Below, in pieces: positions 54,684-64,000 of a DNA stretch of 64,000 nucleotides (within the stretch, counting starts at the first letter, position 1; each line of letters begins with the position of its first letter). The DNA lies in contig NC_043011.1 in NCBI RefSeq assembly GCF_006345805.1, positions 43,288,464 through 43,352,463 of the forward strand, given 5' to 3'. Under the pieces are notes generated by a model that was not told the origin of the DNA, did no database searches, and was given only the letters and a program-made list of their open reading frames with translations. The stretch is from Octopus sinensis (Eukaryota). The translations under genes and the position numbers were made by a program.

Positions 54684-55602
54684 GGTTTATTCACAGAATA
54701 CTGTATGAAGATACGGTATTTCCTCAATTCTTAACTTACATTTTATCATTTTACTATTAATAACTGCATTGTTTCTCTCCGAGTAAACTCACATCTGACT
54801 GTACAAAGAAGACTTCAAAAGTTACTAGCAGCGACTTCTCTTGAAAATCGACGAAATTTGGCATCGTGGTGTTGTCAAGTACCTTCCATAAAAGAGTTTG
54901 TCCCCCAAGGACATTCATGTTGACATGCTTCATACGTTAGGGAATGACGCTCCAGATTTATCAACAATGTAAAAGTGGGTAGCTGAATTTAGGAGGGGAA
55001 AGGAGAGACTTGAAGATGATCCAAGGGCTAGACGTCCTGCAGCTGTCACCACCGAGGAAAGTATTGATCGTATTCACCACATGGTGATGAAAGAAGTTTT
55101 CTTTCATCAGGACAATGTTCCACCACACAAGTCCTTCGGTTCAATGGTTGCTGTGCATGACTGTGTCTCTGAACTGATTGATCAACCTCTATTTTCTTCT
55201 GGTTTGGCCCCGTCTAACAAGTCTTCTTTGTACTGTCAGATGTGAGTTTACTCGGAGAGAAACAACGCAGTTATTAATAGTAAAATAATAAAATGTACGT
55301 TAAGAATTGAGGAAATAACGTATCCCCATACAGTATTCTGTGAATAAACCGTCTGACCGTGATATGTTCCCTAACATGAAAAAACAATTTGCTGGTCACC
55401 CAGTATCGCAGTGATGATGACTTCATACATGCTGTTCATGGCTTTTTGACCAACAAGTTGAAAATTTCTTCATCGATGGGATCCAATCACTGCAACACCG
55501 ATGTAAGAATTGTGTTGATTGTGTTGAAAAATAAACCTCATTTGGTCACATTCAATGAGAGTATATTTGCTCAACCTATGAAATTTTCAGCCAATTCTCG
55601 TA
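54684..55602 (+). mobile_element. Internally deleted, rearranged mariner (Tc1/mariner) remnant
   Basis: Transposase pieces KWVAEFRRGKERLEDDPRARRP (HTH linker), FHQDNVPPHKS, LFSSGLAPS(N/D) and FPNMKK. A 3' TIR-like end reads caacctatgaaattttcagccaattctcg+TA. No 5' TIR seen. Confidence 0.8.
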
Positions 55603-56140
55603 AATACGGAATGGCTACGGGCTGAACTCCTAATATCATTCGTCAAAGCTACTAGCTTTGTATAAAATACGATTTATCCTTCACTCATAATTACTTGTTC
55701 ACACACTTGTCCACGGTATTGCTGTATCCTCTTTTATATTCAAAAGTTGCTCTACAACATATATCGAATGAAACAGGCAGTGCAAAATGAAGAGATTACA
55801 ACAGACTGGTAATGATCCGACTGTAGCCTCCTCCAACAGTTCAAAAGTAAAAATCAGTTGCTTATTTTGTCGTTGAAACATTGAAGCTCGGGGGGTTGTA
55901 TTTAACCTAGTTTTTCCTGTTTAAACTTGCCGCCACGACCGACTCTACCAGTCATACCAGATTCCCAACAGCATTACTCTCAGTTTAAGTGAATCACACA
56001 AGATCTCCACTACAAGTAACAACTAACAGAGTTGCGGTACATTTACTATTACTAAATTTCTACTAAAGTTTTACTGCGTTTACTATAATACCTTAAGCTT
56101 ATCTCTTTCATGGTTCTTGGAACTTCTGACGATCTCTAGA

Positions 56141-56218
<78 letters not shown>

Positions 56219-56335
56219 ATGTAATTAATAATATCAGGGTAATAAAAATTTTAGAAATGTTTACTACCAGCGGCCTACCGTATAGAAAAATTAGTCAATA
56301 GATTATTATTATTCATACGAAATACAGTGTACATT

Positions 56336-56500
56336 TAAACATATTAAGAGATTTCCATCATAGGAATCCCTTACGCTAGAAAGAACAGCTAAAATCCAAA
56401 CCCCTAATTATCCCTAATTTATCCCTAATTAGTGGTTTGCACTTTAGCTGTTGCTTCTAGCGTAAGGGATTCCTATGATGGAAACCACTTAATATGTTTA
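56336..56500. repeat. Long imperfect palindrome (67-bp arms, about 6 mismatches) ending a TA-embedded element (about 56221-56500)
   Basis: 56336-56402 versus the reverse complement of 56434-56500. Centre of (atccctaatt)-like repeats. Confidence 0.85.
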
Positions 56501-56522
56501 TATATATATATATATATATGTG

Positions 56523-56573
<51 letters not shown>

Positions 56574-56972
56574 ACTAATCCCTAAAACAGATACAAATTA
56601 GTCTCCTTCAACGATACTCACTATGACTGCTTCTCTTCAAATCTCTCTTTCCCCGAATATTTCCCCTTCGCTACAATCTGGCCTCTGATGCATTTAACAC
56701 CTTACTAACACAAATTCTCGCTAAACAACAATGATTATGAGCACTAATTAACTTGGTCAAACTGAATCATGAGCAATAATAAATTGAAATGGGTCGTTAA
56801 ATACTATGCTGAGGGATAAGCAGAAATGAAGTGTCAGCTTTTAGTTATAGAGAAACTGATTGTTAACAAACATGGCGGCACGACGTGTTACGGTGATACC
56901 TAATGTTGATCTTACTGCAGTGATTGTATTTATATTGTAACCATATTTTTTAAGAAATCAGCTTGTATCGCT

Positions 56973-56973
<1 letters not shown>

Positions 56974-57048
<75 letters not shown>
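56974..57048. repeat. (CT)n tract about 45 nt upstream of the exon D acceptor
   Basis: Directly visible. Confidence 0.95.
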
Positions 57049-57052
<4 letters not shown>

Positions 57053-57091
57053 AGACACACTTATTCTCTCGTTATTTACTTCTCTTTACAG

Positions 57092-57219
57092 AACAACAAC
57101 TGCCTACGCATCAAAATCCTAGGTGATTGCTATTACTGTGTGAGCGGACTGCCGGAAGCCAGGCCAGACCACGCCAAGTGCTGCGTGGAAATGGGACTGG
57201 ATATGATTGATGCCATTTG
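57092..57219 (+). CDS. ADCY1: Adenylyl cyclase exon D, 128 nt, phase 0/2: C1a catalytic domain
   Basis: Acceptor ctctttacag, donor gtaaga at 57220. Translates [42 protein letters not shown]+TG, including the second metal-binding Asp (ILGDCYY). Confidence 0.96.
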
Positions 57220-58192
57220 GTAAGAACTCAACTCAAATACTACATTGTACAATGCACACTAACACTCCAAGCCACTTCACATTATGAGCAACCTTTATAG
57301 GAAAGTATTGTAAATGTCTTCAGATTTCTAAGGTTGTCATAATATGATTATGAGTGGCTCTACAGATTGTTTGCGTTTGCTCTCTTCACACCACAAATAT
57401 TTTCTTTCAGCGTGTAAGCTTAAACATTATGTACCGAATATATATATATAACAGCAGTACATCTGTTATATTCTGATATTGAAGAGCATATTTCGTTATG
57501 TTGTGGATAAAAAAGAGGTTTTTTTTTGTTTTTGTTTAGTTTTTCAAGAGATAGAAACGATAGAATTCTTAGTGGTAATAGTGATAAGGAAAGTGTTGCT
57601 GTGGGCCGTATTATAGTTTAATTACATTTTCATGTAATAATGAAACACTCAAACACTGAACCAATGAGAGATGATGTGAAAACTCTGCTGACAACGTGGG
57701 AACTGAACAGCAAGATAAAGTAAGAATTATCAGGTACTGTTGCATAATGAAACGTGTATGGTTAAAACATTATTCTTACATTGATTAGATTTTCCTGCTG
57801 CAGTTAGAATAGTAGAAGCATCGTAGAGAAAAATAGTTTCTCATCATTTGTGCTTCGACCATTATGCTGCTTACAAAGTCCTCTTTTTACTTGCCCATTA
57901 ACCACACTTAACTTTATTATAATATATCGCTAAAGTTCTTATAAAATCTCATGGGTCCTATTCGAACTTTTTTTTTCCTTTAGACCTATCGACATTCTGT
58001 TATTTATTTATAACAGACGTCGTCAGTTCAGTTCGAAATGAAACAAAAATCTTGTCCGTTAAGCTTTCCTTGCCGAAATCCGTGTGTTTAACTATTACTA
58101 AAATGTCACAAGTTCTTATTTATAACACGCTGTACAGATCACAAACTTGTTACTCTTCTTTAACCTTGATCGTTTCTGATCAAGCAGATACT

Positions 58193-58242
58193 ATGCTCAA
58201 GAGCATTTGAAATCGTGCTCAAGAGCATTTGAAATCGTGCTC
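58193..58242. repeat. 22-bp tandem duplication
   Basis: tgctcaagagcatttgaaatcg twice, plus a partial copy. Confidence 0.8.
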
Positions 58243-58344
58243 ACCCCCATTGTTTAATAAGATATACAATATATGTAAAAATCTATATTTACCATTATGT
58301 CCTCCAAATATCTGCCGACAGAAGATAACTTGTTCCATTGCAAT

Positions 58345-58490
58345 CTTCTTCTTCTTCTTCTTCTTCTTCTTCTTCTTCTTCTTCTTCTTCTTCTTCTTCT
58401 TCTTCTTCTTCTTCTTCTTCTTCTTCTTCTTCTTCTTCTTCTTCTTCTTCTTCTTCTTCTTCTTCTTCTTCTTCTTCTTCTTCTTCTTCT
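58345..58490. repeat. (TTC)n microsatellite
   Basis: Directly visible. Its complement (GAA)n occurs at about 49164-49307. Confidence 0.97.
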
Positions 58491-58732
58491 ACAACTATAT
58501 CCGTGGCAATGAAATTTTGGGAATTCCGAGTATTGAAAACGGCATGGTGTTTAATATATGGATAGAAACACATTTAACTGTAGCCAAACCGTTTATTTTA
58601 GACCCTTTGCAGCTATCCTTCGAAGGTATTATTATTATTGCTTTTGTCCTTACGTCTACCTTCTGTTGCCACGGTAACAATATTGTTGTTATCATCGTTT
58701 TATTGATACCTCATGGGTTGTTGCTGTTGTTG
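58489..58732 (+). repeat. About 245-bp dispersed element embedded in (TTC)n
   Basis: (TTC)n at 58345-58490 and 58733-58761. Homologous to 49308-49553. Confidence 0.8.
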
Positions 58733-58879
58733 TCTTCTTCTTCTTCTTCTTCTTCTTCTTCGGATCCAAGGTTCCAAGGGTTTTTATCAGATCTGGCGAG
58801 CACGACGGAATCAGAAGTTGAAATCCCGATGTGAAAGAAATGCTGCTTAGCATTTGTTCGTCGCGCTAACAGTTCTGAC

Positions 58880-58935
<56 letters not shown>

Positions 58936-58945
58936 TAATAATAAT

Positions 58946-59127
58946 GGGCTACTCACCCTGAAGAAAATTCGAACTGGGTCCCACCTGCAAGGTCATGCGC
59001 TGTTTGTTTTAATATGCGATCACCATGTCGGGCACATATGGTTGTGATGCGTGTGCGTGGCGTACCCTTATCAGACGTATAATTTTATACCAGTGTCACT
59101 TTGATGGCGTGCACTGCTCTCTCACTC
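58946..59127 (+). mobile_element. Truncated copy of the TAA-embedded element
   Basis: Reverse complement of about 24075-24290 with a small internal deletion. (AAT)n at 58880-58945 and 59128-59169. Confidence 0.75.
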
Positions 59128-59589
59128 AATAATAATAATAATAATAATAATTAATAATAATAATAATAATTTCTTTATTTTCCACAAAATCCAGAAAATA
59201 AGATTGTGGATGATACAAAGACAAGGGATAGAGGGTATTTTCATAATATGCGTAAATAATATAAAGTAACGAAAAAATAGAATATCAAATGCTGATAGAC
59301 GGATACGAACGTTTGACAACTATCTACGAGCCTTTCTAATATAGGCACAAGTCCTGAAATTTTGTGGGAGGAGACTAGTTGATTACGTAGACCCCAGTGT
59401 TTCACTGGCACTAATTTCATCGACCCTGAAATGATAAAAGGTAAAGTCGACCCGGCGGAATTAGAACTCAGAATTTAAAGACGGACGAAATACTGCTAAA
59501 CATTTATTTAGCCCAGCGAGCTGACGATTCTCTTAGCTCACCGCCTTCTGCCGGAAAATAATATTAACAGACTATTGTTAATACAATAT

Positions 59590-59952
59590 GTGGAGGCGCA
59601 ATGGCCCAGTGGTTAGGGCAGCGGACTCGCGGCCATAGGATCGCGGTTTCGATTCCCAGACCGGGCGTTGTGAGTGTTTATTGAGCGAAAACACCTAAAG
59701 CTCCACGAGGCTCCGGTAGGGGATGGTGGTGATCCCTGCTGTACTCTTTCACCACAACTTTCTCTCACTCTTACTTCCTGTTTCTGTTGTACCTGTATTT
59801 CAAAGGGCCGGCCTTGTCACTCTCTGTGTCACGCTGAATATCCCCGAGAACTACGTTAAGGGTACACGTGTCTGTGGAGAGCTCAGCCACTTACACGTTA
59901 ATTTCACGAGCAGGAACCCTCGTCGTCGTAACCGACGGAGTGCTTCCACTCC
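59590..59952 (+). mobile_element. SINE family A with an internal 3' deletion
   Basis: TSD aatacaatat at 59580-59589 and 59953-59962. Lacks the ctgttccgttgattcggatcaaccgg segment present in sister copies. Confidence 0.88.
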
Positions 59953-60638
59953 AATACAATATATGTACTTATGTTGCAACATCCTCCTCACCCATCTCTA
60001 AAAACTGTAGACTCTTTGTCGCGCTTAATCTAAAGAAAAATATAATTAAATTTAGTTTTATATAACTTGATTTTCGTGCTACGGTAAAAAAAAATAATAA
60101 ATAAATAAAAAAAACACTAAATGAAAGAATTAGCTTCATTTGTCGCCAAGACTGTCGATTAATTGGAGCTATAAGCTTAGGAAGTAGTAGTAGTGGTGCA
60201 TGTATATTGGCAAAGATAATATGTATTTTCGAATTAAGTTGAACTAGTGGGCAGGTCTAGAGAGTGTTGTTTGTAGGCGGATGTGTGGTGTTCACAAACC
60301 TGTAAGTGGTGGGCAGTGACTACTCTATCATTAACGATAGAGAAGTGACGGAGGTATACACTGGTAATACATAGCGCGTGTTCCGTGCTAATGATTTGCG
60401 CACCAACGTATGTGAGAGCTGTATTTTGTACAATATATTGTAAAGGTATGCGTGAGTACAGGAATATGTATTCAATATATATATATATTCTGAGAAATGG
60501 GGGACGTCTATATATATAATTGATAATTTCATTAAAACGCCTTCCGATCGACATACACGCACGCGTAAACAAATAATCTCACGCATGTGCGCGAAGCCGC
60601 ACGCTTATTCACACGTACACACACATATATTCACACTC

Positions 60639-60699
<61 letters not shown>

Positions 60700-60980
60700 C
60701 ACACGCACACACATACACATACACACACATAAGCAGTACTAAGTATATTGCTTTATCAGGTGTTAATGGAAGCTAATAGAGAATCGCTGAATAGTAGCTT
60801 TCGTGTTTCTTGAACGTCCTTCTGCGTAATGTATGTGTGTATATTGTATGTATCAACGGATGCTTGAGTGTGTGCATACATGCGTGCGTGTGTGTATGTG
60901 TGTGTGTGTGCCTGTACATACATACGTACATATATCTATATATATATAGATCCATACAAATAGACGTATGCATACACACG

Positions 60981-61026
<46 letters not shown>

Positions 61027-61084
61027 TTGATCGATCGATAGATAGATAGATAGATAGATAGACGGGCGGACGGACGGACGGACG

Positions 61085-61115
<31 letters not shown>

Positions 61116-61123
61116 AGATAGAC

Positions 61124-61203
<80 letters not shown>

Positions 61204-61648
61204 GCTTGCAAGTATGTAAAATTATGTTGTTGATATAAGATCGCAAATATAAGATCCCGATTTCGTTCACCATGTGTGGTAGCTTGGCATGTACCCTTCA
61301 CAGTTGCCTCAGTTTGACTGAATCATTCCAGGACATTAGATTGACAGAGACTTTGTTGAAGCCTGGAGGACGAGTTTACGCCTGTAATTGAAACAGGATA
61401 GACTTGTCACAGTCTCATGCGGCTTCGGCTCGAGAATAACGTCGATAGAATGGTCATTCGCTTAAACGCTAATTCAATGGACCTGGTAGTTCAGTTGATT
61501 CTACAAAAGACACCTCATCGTTAGAGCACACGCACGTGCACACAGATGCACGGATATACACACAACGACACTTACTCAAGCTCACCAACACGCACCCAAA
61601 TTCACATACACACTCGTCCACATTCACATTGTATATATGTATGTATAT

Positions 61649-62037
61649 GGAGGCGCAATGGCCCAGTGGTTAGGGCAGCGGACTCGCGGTCATAGGATCG
61701 CGGTTTCGATTCCCAGACCGGGCGTTGTGAGTGTTTATTGAGCGAAAACACCTAAAGCTCCACGAGGCTCCGGCAGGGATGGTGGCGATCCCTGCTGTAC
61801 TCTTTCACCACAACTTTCTCTCACTCTTACTTCCTGTTTCTGTTGTACCTGTATTTCAAAGGGCCGGCCTTGTCACTCTCTGTGTCACGCTGAATATCCC
61901 CGAGAACTACATTAAGGGTACACGTGTCTGTGGAGTGCTCAGCCACTTACACGTTAATTTCATGAGCAGGCTGTTCCGTTGATCGGATCAACCGGAACCC
62001 TCGTCGTCGTAACCGACGGAGTGCTTCCCTCCCCTCC
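61649..62037 (+). mobile_element. SINE family A flanked by a 149-bp direct duplication
   Basis: Full-length copy. Flanks 61500-61648 and 62038-62186 are direct repeats differing at 2 positions. Confidence 0.9.
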
Positions 62038-62191
62038 TCTACAAAAGATACCTCATCGTTAGAGCACACGCACGCGCACACAGATGCACGGATATACACA
62101 CAACGACACTTACTCAAGCTCACCAACACGCACCCAAATTCACATACACACTCGTCCACATTCACATTGTATATATGTATGTATATATATA

Positions 62192-62222
62192 TACGTTTCG
62201 AGCGGAGCTCTTCGTCAGAAAC
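62192..62222 (-). ncRNA. Hammerhead fragment with canonical CUGACGA core, lacking the 3' strand of stem I
   Basis: Minus strand GTTT-CTGACGA-A-GAGC/TCC/GCTC-GAAA-CG-TA, then (TA)n. Confidence 0.6.
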
Positions 62223-62828
62223 AAAGGAAAAAGAATATATATATATATATTATATATATATATATATAAGCATGTAAGTACGTATGTAATATATGTATGT
62301 ATGTATTGAGGCGGCAAGCTAACAGGTTCGTTAACAAGCCGGACAAGTTTCTTAGCAGCATTTCGTCCGTTTTTACATTCTGAGTTCAAATTCCGCCAAT
62401 GTCCACTTTGCCTCTGATCCTTTTGGGCTCAATAAAATAAGTAAATAAGTAACAGTTTGAGCACTGGGTCGATATAATCGACTTACCCACTTCCCCAAAA
62501 TTGCTGGCCATGTACCAAAATTTGAAAACAAGACATGTATAGAAGTATTATGCATGTAATATAAAGAAACAGGAAGGCGGCGAGCTGGCAGAAACGTTAG
62601 CTCGCCGGGCGAAATGCTTAGTGGTATTTCGTCTATCTTTACTTTCTGAGTTCAAATTTCGTCGAGGTCGACTTTGCCTTTCACCCTTTCGGCGTCGATA
62701 AATTAAGTACCAACTGCGTACTGGTGCCGATCTAACCGACTAGCCCCCCCAAAAAAAGTTCGGGCCTTGTGCCTAGAGTAGAAAATAATATATACCGACA
62801 GGTAATAAATGCATATATATATATATAT

Positions 62829-63034
62829 AAAGTTAATCCAAACAAGAAAGCACAAAAAAAACACAACGCGAGGGCGTGGAACAAATATAGTATTATTGGA
62901 CGCTCAGGAAAGAAGGAAAGAAGGAGGGTTTAACGTTTCGAGCGGAGCTCTTCGTCGGAAACATAGGAGAAGGAAAGATCCAGAGAAGGGAAGACAGAGG
63001 AAAAAAAATCGCCAACGGTACACACGAGGTCACA
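62829..63034 (-). mobile_element. About 205-bp hammerhead-bearing element in (TA)n
   Basis: Sister of 9724-9928, with (TA)n on both sides. Confidence 0.7.
62928..62962 (-). ncRNA. Minimal type-I hammerhead motif (U4 to C variant)
   Basis: Minus strand GTTT-CCGACGA-A-GAGC/TCC/GCTC-GAAA-CG-T-T-AAAC. Stem I is GTTT/AAAC and stem III is the self-complementary ACGT. Confidence 0.65.
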
Positions 63035-64000
63035 ATATATATATATATAAAATGTATATATAATATATAAATATATACATATATGTACACAACTACATAT
63101 ATATGTATATATACATGCATATAAGGGTACATGACATCATAAAAACGTGGACAGAATGAGAAACAAGAACATAAAAAACAAAAATATAGAAAATGAACTT
63201 TTTCGAACAACGAAAAAAACAGAGAAACGTGACATGCAACATAAAGAATATTCCCCTTCATCAGTTGTTCCCTGTTTTATTTACTCTGCATTTCGAAGGT
63301 AAGGACAAGACGTGACTTCGTTCAAACAGTCCTTCCCGCAAAGCAAATTAAATAAAATTTGGGACATTTTGCGGAAGGTGAAAGTGGTAACAAAAACAGG
63401 ATAGTGAGAACAAAACAGTAAAACAAACGGTGAGGACTGCTAAGCCAAGACGATGTGAAGTGGTGAACGAGCTTTGAGAAGAGACAGATAAAAGCACGTC
63501 TTGTCTTAGGAAGGAAGTGGAAGAAAGAGAGAATGGTCGTTATTCACGTGTGAGTAACGAGAGAGTCAAGGAGGAAGAGTGAGAGAGAGAGAGAGAGAGA
63601 GAGATGGGGGAACGGTGAGGAGGAGAGGAGAAGAATAGGGGAAGGGTGGGAGAGAAAAACAGAAAGGAAAAAGAACAAGAGAGGGAGATAGATAGACAGG
63701 AAAGATAGAATAAAAATGCGCATCGTAATTATTAAGATAAAACTTACTTGGAAAAGAATGCGTGGTGTTCGATCATATAATAATATAAATAATATATAAA
63801 TATATGCATGCATGCATACATATATGTACATACCTACATATATATGTATATATACATGCATATATGGGTACAGGACATCAAAAAGACGTGGACGGAATGA
63901 GAAATGAGAACAATGTTCCTTCACTTACCACATGCAAAAACAGAAAAGCACCAATATATCGTTATTACTATGCTACAAAATAACATGCCTCAACTCACAT

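Noticed and set aside
60322-60343. Resemblance to the tet operator (ACTCTATCATT-AAC-GATAGAGA)
   Set aside because: A 3-nt insertion breaks operator spacing, there is no vector or bacterial context, and a 7-bp palindrome is expected by chance.
63225-63275. Another hammerhead on the minus strand (CTGATGA at 63258-63264)
   Set aside because: No stem II followed by GAAA on the same strand. Other CTGANGA hits checked (near 25070, 30730, 41005, 42660, 54620, 56127 and 58958) also lack the fold.

Overview
Repeat-saturated animal genomic DNA. The SINE families and microsatellite load point to an octopus or other coleoid cephalopod, which is an inference from repeat recognition and not a database hit. 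The only host gene I can support is four internal + strand exons (150, 119, 112 and 128 nt, all AG/GT-bounded, phases joining correctly) of a Ca2+/calmodulin-type membrane adenylyl cyclase, ADCY1/rutabaga-like. They cover the end of the first transmembrane cluster and the first half of catalytic domain C1a. The rest is presumed intron. It contains several tRNA-headed SINE families, three non-autonomous Helitrons, and a 5'-truncated R4/Dong-clade LINE lying in (TAA)n. It also holds a decayed Penelope-like (GIY-YIG) element, a CR1/L2-type remnant, a rearranged mariner, a foldback element with a (CCCTAA)n-like core, minisatellites and many microsatellites. Nearly all ORFs in the supplied track are microsatellite or SINE read-through. 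The most notable observations are four minimal type-I hammerhead ribozyme motifs (one sense to the cyclase pre-mRNA), a SINE flanked by a 149-bp duplication where sister copies have 10-13 bp TSDs, and element families that each sit in a particular microsatellite type (TA, TAA, TTC).
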